Shown piece by piece: positions 1-12,784 of a DNA stretch of 64,000 bases (positions within the stretch are counted from its first letter, which is position 1; each line of letters opens with the position of its first letter). The stretch spans positions 9,078 to 73,077 of the forward strand of contig CALVYA010000004.1 in the NCBI GenBank assembly GCA_944371905.1. Reading direction: 5' to 3'. A program made the position numbers and the translations under genes. The notes below the pieces were generated by a model that saw only the letters and a list, made by a program, of their open reading frames with translations, did no database searches and was not told the DNA's origin. This stretch comes from an uncultured Bacilli bacterium. GTDB lineage: Bacteria; Bacillota_I; Bacilli_A; RF39; UBA660.

Positions 1-370
1 TGTTAAAGAGCACGAACGATTATATAATGTTTTCTATGATGTATTTAATAACTTTACGAATAAAAATATTGATATTGTTGGAAAGAAGAATATTTTGAAT
101 CAACCAGAATTTAATAATATAGATAAGGTAAAGGAAATATTAGATAAATTAGATGAAGATAATATTGTTGATTTAGTCGAAGAAAAAGATAATGATATCA
201 AAATATATATTGGTAAAGAAAATAATCTAGATGATGATATGACCGTAATTAAGACCAAATATAAGACACCATTAGAAGAAGGGACCATTGCGATTGTGGG
301 ACCTAAGCGAATGGAGTATGACAGAGTTGTATCACTATTGGAGTATATTAAATCTAATCTAGAAAAATAA
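1..370 (+). CDS. hrcA: Heat-inducible transcription repressor HrcA, 5'-truncated by window edge
   Basis: Frame open from nt 2; GKKNILNQPEF and GTIAIVGPKRMEY motifs; directly upstream of grpE-dnaK. Confidence 0.9.
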   Translation, partial: VKEHERLYNVFYDVFNNFTNKNIDIVGKKNILNQPEFNNIDKVKEILDKLDEDNIVDLVEEKDNDIKIYIGKENNLDDDMTVIKTKYKTPLEEGTIAIVGPKRMEYDRVVSLLEYIKSNLEK

Positions 371-380
371 GGAGAGTAAG

Positions 381-2821
<2,441 letters not shown>

Positions 2822-2834
2822 TAACTAATAAAAG

Positions 2835-2864
2835 GATAAAGTTCTAGATTTCTAGAACTTTATC
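2835..2864 (+). other. Perfect 14-bp stem-loop between dnaK and pepF, probably mRNA stabilising or processing (no U-tract)
   Basis: GATAAAGTTCTAGA-TT-TCTAGAACTTTATC. Confidence 0.6.
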
Positions 2865-2882
2865 TATAATAAGGAGAATACT

Positions 2883-4694
2883 ATGGCTAAAAAGCAAAAA
2901 TTACGTAGTGAGATTGATCCAAAATATCAATGGGATTTAAGTACAATATATAATAATATTGATGAATTTAATAAAGATTATGAATTAGCATCTAATCTAA
3001 TTTTAAAATTTTCTATTCATCAAAATAATATGATGGAAAGTGCTACTAATTTATTAGAAACAATTGAAGATGATCATAAATTAGCAAGACTGATTACTAA
3101 ACTATATATGTATGCTCACCTAAATAGTGATAGTGATACTACTAATACCACTTATCAGGAATTAAAAGGTAGAGTAGAAAATTTAGATAATGATTATGAT
3201 AAAGCATCATCCTTTATGATACCAGCTTTATTAAAATACGATTATTCTAAAATAGAAGAATTTTATAAAGTGGAACCTAAATTATTAGAACATAGGTTTA
3301 ATTTAGAAAATATATATCGCTTTAAAGATCATGTATTAAGTGAACATGAAGAAGAAATGCTATCAACATTAAATCCAGTTTTTGGAATTAGTGAAAATAT
3401 ATATGATGCTTTTACTAATTCTGATCTATCTTTTGGATATATTAAAGATGAAAATAATGAAGACGTAGAACTAACGGAATCTACATTTTCTAAATTCTTA
3501 AGATCGAAAGATCAAAGAGTAAGAAAAGCGGCATTTAAAAAGATGTACGAAACTTATGGAAATTATAAAAATACGATAGCTAAAATATTAGTAGGAGAGA
3601 TTAAAAGTAATGCTGCCGTGAATAAAGTTAGAAAATACTCATCTAGCTTAGAGGCTTGCTTATTTAGTGATAATATTTCAAAAGAGGTTTATGATAATTT
3701 AATTAATACCATTCATGAAAATTTAGAACCTCTTTATCATTATTTTGATTTAAAAAAGAAAATGCTTAAGGTAGATGAATTACATCTATATGATACTTAT
3801 GTATCTGTTATTCCTGACAATAATAAAGAATATACTTTTGATGAGGCTAAAAATGTTGTTATCCATGCTTTAGAAGTGTTAGGAGAAAAGTATATCAAGG
3901 ATTTGTACAAAGCTTTTGATGAACGTTGGATTGATATCTATGAAAATAAAGGTAAAGTAACAGGAGCCTATTCTTCAGGTTCTTATGACACCAATCCTTT
4001 TATCTTATTAAACTTTAATGGCACTCTAGATAGTGTATCTACTCTTGCTCATGAATTAGGACATTCTATGCATAGTTATTATTCGAAACTTAATAATCCA
4101 TATCAATATTCCGGTTATAAAATATTTGTAGCTGAAGTAGCGTCTACAGTAAATGAATTACTTTTAGCCAACTATTTATTAACTAATAGTAACGATGACA
4201 AATTAAAACTTACTATTTTAAATAATTTACTAGATATGTTTAAAGGTACTATCTATAGACAAGTTATGTTCGCAGAGTTTGAAAAAATAATATATGAAAA
4301 AGAAGAAGCAAAAGAAGTATTGACTCATGAAGTATTATCTAATATTTACTATGATTTAAATAAAAAATATTTTGGTAATACTGTAATAATTGATGATGAA
4401 ATACGTTATGAATGGATGAGAATACCTCATTTCTATTATAATTTCTATGTTTATAAATACGCAACAGGATTAAGTGCTGCTTGTCACATCGTAAAACGTA
4501 TTTTAAATAAAGAAGATGGTGCTGTTGATAGTTATTTAGAATTTTTAAGTAGTGGAGGAAGAGATTATCCACTAGAAGAATTAAAAATAGCTGGAGTTGA
4601 TATGACTGATAAAAAAGTAATAGAGAGTGCTATTAGTATGTTTAAGAAATATTTAGAAGAATTTGAGGATTTACATAATAAGATCAGTAAGTAG
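2883..4694 (+). CDS. pepF: Oligoendopeptidase F (M3B)
   Basis: WDLSTIY N-terminus, GAYSSG, HELGH zinc motif, AEVAST, PHFYYNFYVYKYATG. Confidence 0.95.
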   Translation: MAKKQKLRSEIDPKYQWDLSTIYNNIDEFNKDYELASNLILKFSIHQNNMMESATNLLETIEDDHKLARLITKLYMYAHLNSDSDTTNTTYQELKGRVENLDNDYDKASSFMIPALLKYDYSKIEEFYKVEPKLLEHRFNLENIYRFKDHVLSEHEEEMLSTLNPVFGISENIYDAFTNSDLSFGYIKDENNEDVELTESTFSKFLRSKDQRVRKAAFKKMYETYGNYKNTIAKILVGEIKSNAAVNKVRKYSSSLEACLFSDNISKEVYDNLINTIHENLEPLYHYFDLKKKMLKVDELHLYDTYVSVIPDNNKEYTFDEAKNVVIHALEVLGEKYIKDLYKAFDERWIDIYENKGKVTGAYSSGSYDTNPFILLNFNGTLDSVSTLAHELGHSMHSYYSKLNNPYQYSGYKIFVAEVASTVNELLLANYLLTNSNDDKLKLTILNNLLDMFKGTIYRQVMFAEFEKIIYEKEEAKEVLTHEVLSNIYYDLNKKYFGNTVIIDDEIRYEWMRIPHFYYNFYVYKYATGLSAACHIVKRILNKEDGAVDSYLEFLSSGGRDYPLEELKIAGVDMTDKKVIESAISMFKKYLEEFEDLHNKISK

Positions 4695-4703
4695 GTGATA
4701 TAA

Positions 4704-5810
4704 GTGAATAAAAGAGATTATTATGAGGTATTAGGAGTTGATAAAAGTGCTACGGATGCTGAGATTAAAAGTGCTTTTAGAAAATTAGCAAAACAATATC
4801 ATCCAGATGTAAATAAAGCTCCTGATGCAGAACAAAAATTTAAAGAGATTCAAGAAGCTTATGCTGTTTTATCTGATGAATCTAGACGTCGTCAATATGA
4901 TCAATTTGGTCATGCTGCTTTTGATGGAAGTGCTGGTGGTGCTTCAGGATTTGGTGGTTTTGATGCCTCTGGTTTCGATTTTAGTGATATTTTTGATAGT
5001 ATTTTTGGAAATAGTTTTGGTTTCGGACAATCTAGAAATAGAACTAGTCGTGGAGCAGATAAATTAATGCGTATTAGATTAAGTTTTGAAGAAGCTATTT
5101 ATGGATGTGAGAAAACTATTAGTTTAGATATGGATATAGAATGTCCGGAATGTGATGGTAAGGGTGGATTTCATGAATCTACTTGTGATAAATGTCATGG
5201 AAGCGGAACAGTAACTAGTGAACAGAGAACTTTATTTGGTACCTTTATGACTAAGACTACTTGTCCAAAATGTGGAGGACAAGGAAGAAGTTTTAAAGAA
5301 AAATGTAGTAGATGTCGTGGTAAGGGAACTATTAGACAAAATAAAGAAATTAGTGTTAATATTCCCAAAGGCGTTGATAATGGTTATCGTCTAAAACTAT
5401 CTGGTAAAGGAGAAGCCGGTACTAACGGTGGTGCTAATGGAGATTTATATATTGAATTTATTGTAGATAAACATAAATATTTTGAGCGTGATGGAGATGA
5501 TATTTATTTAGAAGTTCCAATTACTATAACTGAGGCAATTTTAGGATGTAAAAAGGAAATACCAACCTTATATGGCAATATTAAATTAACGATACCAGCC
5601 GGTTCTAATAGTGGTGATAAGCAACGTATTAAAGGAAAAGGTGTCGATAATGCTAATAGTTATCGTAATGGTGATATGTACATTATCTTAAAAGTTAAAA
5701 ATCCTAAGAAATTATCAAGATTACAAAAAGAACTTTTAATTAAGTTAGATGATACTGATCTAGAAGATAGTGAAATTAGATCTTTTGATGACTTTACAAG
5801 AAAAAATTAA
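4704..5810 (+). CDS. dnaJ: Chaperone DnaJ
   Basis: J domain with HPD, G/F region, four CxxCxGxG repeats; GTG start. Confidence 0.97.
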   Translation: MNKRDYYEVLGVDKSATDAEIKSAFRKLAKQYHPDVNKAPDAEQKFKEIQEAYAVLSDESRRRQYDQFGHAAFDGSAGGASGFGGFDASGFDFSDIFDSIFGNSFGFGQSRNRTSRGADKLMRIRLSFEEAIYGCEKTISLDMDIECPECDGKGGFHESTCDKCHGSGTVTSEQRTLFGTFMTKTTCPKCGGQGRSFKEKCSRCRGKGTIRQNKEISVNIPKGVDNGYRLKLSGKGEAGTNGGANGDLYIEFIVDKHKYFERDGDDIYLEVPITITEAILGCKKEIPTLYGNIKLTIPAGSNSGDKQRIKGKGVDNANSYRNGDMYIILKVKNPKKLSRLQKELLIKLDDTDLEDSEIRSFDDFTRKN

Positions 5811-5838
5811 AATAGACAAAATTTATGTCTATTTTTTT
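5809..5838 (+). terminator. Intrinsic terminator after dnaJ
   Basis: AAAATAGACA-loop-TGTCTATTTT followed by T run. Confidence 0.7.
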
Positions 5839-5913
5839 AGTTTAAAATATATATTGCCTTTTCAATATTTATGTTATAATTTAAATGAATGTAGTAAATA
5901 AAGTGGTGAAGAG

Positions 5914-7182
5914 ATGAAAAAGAAAATTATCCTGATAGTAGTGTTAATCATCCTGATAATAGGTAGTGGAGTAGGTGGTTATTTATATTATGATTCTCAC
6001 CAAAAAGCACTTATGAAAGAGCAAGAATTAGAAGAACATGAAGAACAGTTGAAAAAGGAAAAAGAATTGCTCAACGATATTAAAAGTAATTATAATGAAT
6101 TTGTAAAAACTAACAAGGAAGCTAAATTATATAAATTAGTGGAAGAGAAATATCAAGAAATTGGAACACTTGCTAATAACACTAATTTATCTTTAGCGAT
6201 CGTAGAAGATATTACTATCAACCATCAATATTTTAAGTTAGCAAATCATGACTATTATGTATTTTATAGGGATATTGAACCAAGTGAAAAAATAAAAGAA
6301 GATTCTTATTATAAAAATTATATTCCTTTTGATTATCATATTATTACAAAAAAGCCTACAAATTTCTATATTGATGAACAATTAATTTATAGTATTAATG
6401 AATCTTTAGAATTATCTGTAATCATGGAAGATGAAAGTAATTATTATGTAAATTTTGATAATAGATTATTTGCCATCAAAAAAGAAAATGTAGAAAAGAA
6501 GAGTGATTATAATCAAGATAGTAAAGTAGCAAAAGAAATAGCAGTATTAAATTATCATTTTTTCTATGATCCGGATAATGGTGAGGTTTGTAATGAAATT
6601 ATTTGCTTAACTAAGCAAAATTTCGAGGAACAATTAAAATATTTAAAAGAAAATAATTTTTATACAGCAACGATGCACGATTTATCATTGTGGTTAGAAG
6701 GAAAAATAAGATTGCCTGAACATAGTGTAGTAATTACCATTGATGATGGAGCTATGGGAACAGATACTTATTTGATAGAATTGCTAGAAAAATATGATAT
6801 GCATGGAACATTATTTTTAGTTACTTCGTGGTGGTCCAAAGATAAATATGCATCTCCTAACTTAGAAATACAGTCTCATGGACATAATTTGCATGAGAGA
6901 AGTACTAATGGATTAGGCAAAGCAATGTTTATGACCAAAGAACAAATACTAGTTGATTTAAAAGAATCTATTGCTACTTTAAATGGAGAAAATACAGCAT
7001 TTTGTTATCCTTTTTATCATTCTAATGATACAGTAATGAATGCTGTCAAAGAAGCAGGATTTAAACTAGGATTTCTTGGCGGTAATGTAAAAATCACACA
7101 AGAAGATAATCCTTATCAATTAAATCGATATATTATATTTAGTTATACCACTATGAGTCAATTTAAGAGAATGGTAAATTAA
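5914..7182 (+). CDS. Membrane-anchored polysaccharide deacetylase (NodB/CE4 family)
   Basis: N-terminal TM helix; VLNYH, VVITIDDG, QSHGH, FCYPF motifs. Confidence 0.85.
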   Translation: MKKKIILIVVLIILIIGSGVGGYLYYDSHQKALMKEQELEEHEEQLKKEKELLNDIKSNYNEFVKTNKEAKLYKLVEEKYQEIGTLANNTNLSLAIVEDITINHQYFKLANHDYYVFYRDIEPSEKIKEDSYYKNYIPFDYHIITKKPTNFYIDEQLIYSINESLELSVIMEDESNYYVNFDNRLFAIKKENVEKKSDYNQDSKVAKEIAVLNYHFFYDPDNGEVCNEIICLTKQNFEEQLKYLKENNFYTATMHDLSLWLEGKIRLPEHSVVITIDDGAMGTDTYLIELLEKYDMHGTLFLVTSWWSKDKYASPNLEIQSHGHNLHERSTNGLGKAMFMTKEQILVDLKESIATLNGENTAFCYPFYHSNDTVMNAVKEAGFKLGFLGGNVKITQEDNPYQLNRYIIFSYTTMSQFKRMVN

Positions 7183-7195
7183 AACTTCATTAAAA

Positions 7196-8422
7196 TTAAT
7201 GAAGTTCTTGTTTTTTTATTTGATCTATTTTATCTTTTACTTGCTTTAGCATTCTTTCGTTAGGTGAATTGTCACTTGGAATATAGTATCTTTTATTTTT
7301 TAAATTATCAGGCAAATATTGTTGTACTACAAAATGATTAGGATAATCATGGGGATATTTATATGTAGAAGATGAGTTTTTGATATGCGTAGGAATATTA
7401 CCACATCGACCAGTTCTTACATCTTCTAAAGCTTTATCTAAAGCAAGATGACTAGTATTAGATTTAGGAGACAATGCTAGTTCTATTACGACTTCCGCTA
7501 GAGGAATTTTAGCTTCTGGTAGACCTACTAGTTGACTAGCCTGAATAGCAGCCATCACTTTGGGACCCATAGATGGATTGGCTAGTCCAATATCTTCATA
7601 ACATATAACACTCATTCGTCGAAAAATACTGTCTAAATCACCAACTTCAATTAATCTTGCTAAATAATGTAAGCTAGCATCTACATCACTTCCACGAATA
7701 GATTTTTGGAAAGCACTTAAAAGATCGTAATGACCATCTTCGTTTTTATCATAAAATAAAGAAGGTTTATTATTAATTTTAGTTAAATGTTCCATAGTTA
7801 TTTTTTTATCTGGGGAAGAATAATATGCTACTTCTAATAAATTATAAGCATATCTTAAATCAGTATTAGCGACTTTGGCTATATAATCTATACTTTCTTT
7901 ATCTATTTCAATCCCTTTTAAATATTCACTTTGAACTGCTTTATTTAATCCTTCCATAATATCGTCATCACTAAGAGGCAAAAGTTCAAACAATTGACAT
8001 CTACTTCTAATAGCAGGATTAATGGCATGATAAGGATTACTGGTAGTAAGACCTATTAAAGTAATTAAACCGCTTTCCAATTGAGGCAATAATAAGTCTT
8101 GTTTATCTTTGTTTAAACGATGAATTTCATCCATGATTAAAACCATACCATCAAATAATTTGGCTTCTTCTACTACAACATCAAAATCATGTTTATTATT
8201 AATGGTAGCATTTAAAAAACGATATTTTACTCCTAATTGTTTCACAATAGCATTAGCAATCGATGTTTTACCAATACCAGGACGTCCATATAAAATCATA
8301 GAGAATATTTTATTGTTGTTCACCAGATTCGTTAAAACTTTACCTGGACCTATTAAATGTTTTTGTCCAATTACTTCCTCTAGCGAATTAGGTGCTAATT
8401 TTAATGCTAATGGTTTATCCAT
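7196..8422 (-). CDS. rarA: Replication-associated recombination protein A (MgsA/RarA AAA+ ATPase)
   Basis: GRPGIGKT Walker A, MDEIHR, TTSNP, SAFQKSIRGSD, YPHDY. Confidence 0.95.
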   Translation of the reverse strand: MDKPLALKLAPNSLEEVIGQKHLIGPGKVLTNLVNNNKIFSMILYGRPGIGKTSIANAIVKQLGVKYRFLNATINNKHDFDVVVEEAKLFDGMVLIMDEIHRLNKDKQDLLLPQLESGLITLIGLTTSNPYHAINPAIRSRCQLFELLPLSDDDIMEGLNKAVQSEYLKGIEIDKESIDYIAKVANTDLRYAYNLLEVAYYSSPDKKITMEHLTKINNKPSLFYDKNEDGHYDLLSAFQKSIRGSDVDASLHYLARLIEVGDLDSIFRRMSVICYEDIGLANPSMGPKVMAAIQASQLVGLPEAKIPLAEVVIELALSPKSNTSHLALDKALEDVRTGRCGNIPTHIKNSSSTYKYPHDYPNHFVVQQYLPDNLKNKRYYIPSDNSPNERMLKQVKDKIDQIKKQELH

Positions 8423-8495
8423 AGTAATCCTCCCTTTCTATCTATTAATAGTTTATCATATACGAAAGTATGTTTGCAATATGATAATAATTTAG

Positions 8496-8524
8496 TTTAC
8501 TTTTAAAATTAGGGATGTTATACT
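8496..8524 (+). promoter_or_regulatory. Predicted sigma-A promoter of cas9
   Basis: TTTACT(8496)-N17-TATACT(8519) with extended TGn. Confidence 0.65.
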
Positions 8525-8539
8525 AATTCTAATTAAGGG

Positions 8540-8574
8540 CTAGTAAAGACTTAGTTGTTTTTACTAGTTTTTTT
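8540..8574 (+). terminator. Terminator-like hairpin inside the predicted cas9 5' leader
   Basis: CTAGTAAAGAC-ttagtt-GTTTTTACTAG (11 bp, one G-U) plus T7, before SD AAGGAGGT at 8582. Confidence 0.6.
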
Positions 8575-8597
8575 GTTATAAAAGGAGGTAAGAAGTT

Positions 8598-11500
8598 ATG
8601 ACAAATATGGCCCTAGGAATAGACATTGGAATATCTTCTGTAGGAGTAGGAATAATTAATCAAGATACTGGAGAAATTATCGATAGTGCAGTTAGAATTT
8701 TCCCTCAAAATCATAAAGAAGATAATACTATAAGACGTACCATGAGGGGTAGTAAGAGAACATTAAGAAGAAAAAAACATCGTTTAGAAAGAGTAAGAGA
8801 TGAATTAGAAAATATAGACTTTCCTTGCCCAGACTATAAAAAATATAGTCATACTAATCCTTATGAAATTAGAGTCAAAGGATTAAATCATAAACTGTCA
8901 AAAGAGGAGATCTACATAGCTATTATGCATATTACTAAAAGACGTGGAATTAGTTATCTAGAAGATTTTACAAATGATAATATTAAAGATCCAAAAGTAA
9001 CAAACAAAATAATAGAAGAAAACTTAGAACTATCTAAAAACAAATATATATGTGAGATTCAGTTAGAGCGTTTACAAAATAATGATAAGGTACGTGGAAT
9101 TGATAATGTTTTTGAGACTAGAAAATATATAGAAGAATTGCAAAAAATTCTAAAAACGCAAGCTATATATTATGAAGAAATAGATGATGAATTTATTAAT
9201 GTAATAACAAATATAGTGAAATCAAAACGTGAATATTTTGAAGGACCTGGAAGCATTAAATCGAAAACAGATTATGGAAGATTTAAAACGAATGGAGAAG
9301 TATTAGATAATCTATTTGAAATATTGATTGGTAAATGTAGTATCTTTAAAGAGGAATTACGTGCTCCTAGAGCCTCCTACGATGCACAATTATTTAATTT
9401 TTTAAATGATTTAAATAATTTGATTATTAATAATGAGAAACTGACAAAAGAGGATAAACTAGCTATATATCATCATGTGATGAATTCTAAATCAGTTAAT
9501 ATGATTAATTTTATATGTAAATTAAAAAATGTTACAAAAGAACAAATAGAAGGTTATCGCATTGATCCTAATGGCAAACCTTTATTTCATAAGTTTGAAA
9601 TATATAAAAACTTTATGAATCAATTAGAAAAACGAGGAATAGATTCTAGTATGATTGACATTACTTCTTATAATAAAATTAGTCGTTGTCTTACCTTAGA
9701 GACTTCTAAAGCAAGAAAAGAAAAAGTTTTAAAAGAAGAATTGCCTGAGTTAAAAATAGAGGTTATTAAGGCTATCATTGAATTGGATGACAGTCATTTT
9801 AGCAAATGGCATTCCTTATCTTATAAGGCTATGAATGAAATTATCGATGATTTATGGAATACTTCCTTAGAACAACATACTTTGTTTTTACAACATAATT
9901 TGATTAAAGAGAACTACGAAATATATCAAGGTAAAAAGAATATTCCTACGGATTTTATTGATATGGATATTATGAATCCTATAGCAAGAAGAAGCATTCG
10001 GCAGGCTATTAAAATGATTAATGCTTTAAGAAAAAAATATGGGGAATTTAGCCATATTATTATTGAAATGGCTAGAGAACTATCCACAGATCCTAAAGAA
10101 ATACAAAAAGAACAAAAAAGAAATATGAAAGAAAAAGAAGAAGCGGTAGCTTTAGTAAAAGAATATGGGTATACATTAAATTCAATCCCAAATGAATTAC
10201 TAACAATGTTACGTTTATGGAAAAGTCAGGATGGAAAATGTATTTATTCTCATAAAAGTATTTCTATAGATGATTTAATAAATAATCACTATATGTTTCA
10301 AATTGATCATATTATTCCTAAATCGATTTCTTTTGATGATAGTATGAAAAATAAAGTACTATGCTATAGTAGTGAAAATCAAAAGAAAGGAGTTAAAATT
10401 CCCTCTCGCTATTTTGCAAGTGGTATGGCTAGTATTAGTTATGAAGAATATAAAAATTATGTTTTAGATTTGTTTGAACGTAATTTAATTACTAACGCTA
10501 AAAAAGAGTTGTTATTATATGATAAAGATATTACAAAATATGAAGTAAGAAGAGGATTTATTAATCGTAATTTGCAAGATACAAGATATGCTACTAGAGT
10601 AGTATTAAACACTTTACAAAATTATATGAAAGCTAATAATATAAAAACTAGTATTTTTACAGTAAAAGGAGCCTATACCAGTAAAATTAGAAATAGATGG
10701 AATCTTTCTAAAGATCGAACTTATTATAAACATCATGCAGTTGATGCATTAATTGTTGCCGCTAGTAATAAAGCAAAATTATATTATGATGGTCCTTTTT
10801 ATAATTATATTAATTCTTTTTTGAATAACGAGAAAGAAGAGAACCTTCTTATCCATAATGTTATAGATGATACTACTTATGATGAGATTGTATATTCAGA
10901 GCCATATTCTCATTTTATTAAAAATTTGAAAGAATTAAATCCAAAAATATCTCACAAAGTAGATACTAAAATAAATAGAGTTATTTCTGATGCAACTATA
11001 AAATCTTCTAGAATTATAAATGGTCATGAATATAAAATAACAAAATCAAATAACATTTATGAACAGGATGGTGAAAAAATAAAAAAGAAAATTTTAGAAA
11101 ATCCAGAGCAATTACTAATGTATTATCATGATAGACAGACATTTGATTATTTAGAAGAAATAGTAAAACACTATGCTGATGCTAAAAATCCTTTTTTAGA
11201 ATACTATAAAGAGCATGGAGCTATAAGAAAATATTCTAAAAAAGGAAATGGTCCTGTTATTACTTCTGTTAAATATTTAAATGGTAAATTAGGAATTCAT
11301 TTATCTATTCGGCACAAATATAAAGATACCAAAAATAATGTTTTTTTATCAACCCTTAAACCTTATAGAATAGATGTATATCAAAATGATAAAGGAAAAT
11401 ATAAATTTATTACTATTACTAACTCGATGTTTTCCTTTCATGGTGATAAATTACAATTAGAAAAAAGTCAATTGGAATTAGAAAAAAATAAGAAGAAAAT

Positions 11501-11768
11501 AACAGATGATTATCAGTTTCAATTCTCTTTATATAAAGGAGACTGTTTTGAAATAATGATAAATGATCATAAATATACCTATTCATTTTTAGGTATTCAA
11601 AGTGATAAAACAAATAAAATAGAATGTACTTATGTGGAAAAACAAAGGAGGAAAGAAGAAAGAATTTTTCTTAGTATTGGACCAAGTGTAAAAGAATTTA
11701 GAAAGTACTATACCGATATTTTAGGTAATAAATATTATAGTAAGTCCTTGACAAAATGTAATAATTAA
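8598..11768 (+). CDS. cas9: Type II-A Cas9, compact (1056 aa), S. aureus / S. thermophilus CRISPR1-like
   Basis: RuvC-I GIDIG, bridge helix RRTMRGSKRTLRRKKHR, RuvC-II IEMARE, HNH QIDHIIP...NQKK, RuvC-III HHAVDA, C-terminal TDILGN; catalytic residues appear intact. Confidence 0.97.
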   Translation: MTNMALGIDIGISSVGVGIINQDTGEIIDSAVRIFPQNHKEDNTIRRTMRGSKRTLRRKKHRLERVRDELENIDFPCPDYKKYSHTNPYEIRVKGLNHKLSKEEIYIAIMHITKRRGISYLEDFTNDNIKDPKVTNKIIEENLELSKNKYICEIQLERLQNNDKVRGIDNVFETRKYIEELQKILKTQAIYYEEIDDEFINVITNIVKSKREYFEGPGSIKSKTDYGRFKTNGEVLDNLFEILIGKCSIFKEELRAPRASYDAQLFNFLNDLNNLIINNEKLTKEDKLAIYHHVMNSKSVNMINFICKLKNVTKEQIEGYRIDPNGKPLFHKFEIYKNFMNQLEKRGIDSSMIDITSYNKISRCLTLETSKARKEKVLKEELPELKIEVIKAIIELDDSHFSKWHSLSYKAMNEIIDDLWNTSLEQHTLFLQHNLIKENYEIYQGKKNIPTDFIDMDIMNPIARRSIRQAIKMINALRKKYGEFSHIIIEMARELSTDPKEIQKEQKRNMKEKEEAVALVKEYGYTLNSIPNELLTMLRLWKSQDGKCIYSHKSISIDDLINNHYMFQIDHIIPKSISFDDSMKNKVLCYSSENQKKGVKIPSRYFASGMASISYEEYKNYVLDLFERNLITNAKKELLLYDKDITKYEVRRGFINRNLQDTRYATRVVLNTLQNYMKANNIKTSIFTVKGAYTSKIRNRWNLSKDRTYYKHHAVDALIVAASNKAKLYYDGPFYNYINSFLNNEKEENLLIHNVIDDTTYDEIVYSEPYSHFIKNLKELNPKISHKVDTKINRVISDATIKSSRIINGHEYKITKSNNIYEQDGEKIKKKILENPEQLLMYYHDRQTFDYLEEIVKHYADAKNPFLEYYKEHGAIRKYSKKGNGPVITSVKYLNGKLGIHLSIRHKYKDTKNNVFLSTLKPYRIDVYQNDKGKYKFITITNSMFSFHGDKLQLEKSQLELEKNKKKITDDYQFQFSLYKGDCFEIMINDHKYTYSFLGIQSDKTNKIECTYVEKQRRKEERIFLSIGPSVKEFRKYYTDILGNKYYSKSLTKCNN

Positions 11769-11777
11769 TTATATACT
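11748..11777 (+). promoter_or_regulatory. tracrRNA promoter overlapping cas9 3' end
   Basis: TTGACA(11748)-N18-TATACT(11772). Confidence 0.75.
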
Positions 11778-11783
11778 GGTATT

Positions 11784-11876
11784 GTGAACGACGGTTCACC
11801 AAATACCGTAAGTTAACAGAGCTTACTAAAATAAGGGTTTATCCCGAAATCGAGATTCTTTGGAATCTCTTTTTTT
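11784..11876 (+). ncRNA. tracrRNA: tracrRNA
   Basis: Anti-repeat CAAATACCGTAAGTTAACAGAGCTTACTAAAAT pairs with repeat nt 1-31 with the typical bulge; nexus-like AAGGGTTTATCCCG; terminator GAGATTC-TTTG-GAATCTC-T7. Confidence 0.9.
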
Positions 11877-11881
11877 ATATT

Positions 11882-12784
11882 ATGTTTCGAATTATATATA
11901 TAAAAGAAAGCGAAAAATTATCTTTAAAGTTAGATAGTTTGTTAATTGATAACAATAATAATGAATATTCTATACCACTAGAAGATATAGATACGATCAT
12001 GTTGGAAAATAATAAATGTATATTAACTTCAAAATTGATTTGTAAATTAATGGAATATAAAATTAACTTTATAGTTTGTAATGACAAAATGATGCCTACA
12101 GGAATGATGTTACCATATCAACAACATAGTAGGGGAACTAAAGTTATTTTAAACCAAATAAGTTGGACAAAAGAAACTAAAGATTTTTTATGGGATATCA
12201 TAATAGAAAACAAAATAAGAAATCAAAGAAAAACACTAGAATTATTTAATAAGACCAAAAAAGTGATTGATAAATTAAAAGAATATGAAGAATTAGTAGA
12301 TAACGGAGATAGTAGTAATAAAGAAGGCCATGCTGCTAAAATATATTTTAATGAAATGTTTGGAAAAGATTTTATTAGATTTGATAATGATCCAGTTAAT
12401 AGTGCATTAAATTATGGATATACCATATTAAGAGCCAATATATGTAGAGTTGTAGTCGCATATGGATTAATTCCTAATCTTGGTATTAATCATAGAAATG
12501 AATTTAATAATTACAACCTTGCTGATGATATTATAGAAGTATATCGACCAATTGTAGATATGTGGGTATACAAAAATATGATACATAAAACCTTTTTATC
12601 TAGAGAAGATAGAATGAGTTTGATTAATCTATTAAATGGTACTATTGAAATTGGCAATACTACACAAACGTTAACCAATTCATTTCAAAAATATTTAAAT
12701 GGAATATTAGGCTTTATTGAAACTGGTGATCTAGGTAGGTTAGTCTTTCCTAAAATTGAAACTTTTAAAGAATATGAATTATAG
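11882..12784 (+). CDS. cas1: CRISPR integrase Cas1 (type II)
   Basis: EGHAAKIYF, NSALNYGYTIL, GINHRNEFNNYNLADDIIEVYRP. Confidence 0.96.
   Translation: MFRIIYIKESEKLSLKLDSLLIDNNNNEYSIPLEDIDTIMLENNKCILTSKLICKLMEYKINFIVCNDKMMPTGMMLPYQQHSRGTKVILNQISWTKETKDFLWDIIIENKIRNQRKTLELFNKTKKVIDKLKEYEELVDNGDSSNKEGHAAKIYFNEMFGKDFIRFDNDPVNSALNYGYTILRANICRVVVAYGLIPNLGINHRNEFNNYNLADDIIEVYRPIVDMWVYKNMIHKTFLSREDRMSLINLLNGTIEIGNTTQTLTNSFQKYLNGILGFIETGDLGRLVFPKIETFKEYEL

Noticed and set aside
11698-11728. ATTTTAGGTAA in the cas9 3' end mimics the repeat 5' end and could pair with the anti-repeat (tracr-L-like natural sgRNA)
   Set aside because: It encodes the conserved DILGN Cas9 motif, lies upstream of the tracr promoter TSS, and the adjacent putative guide has no match in the cas9 promoter.
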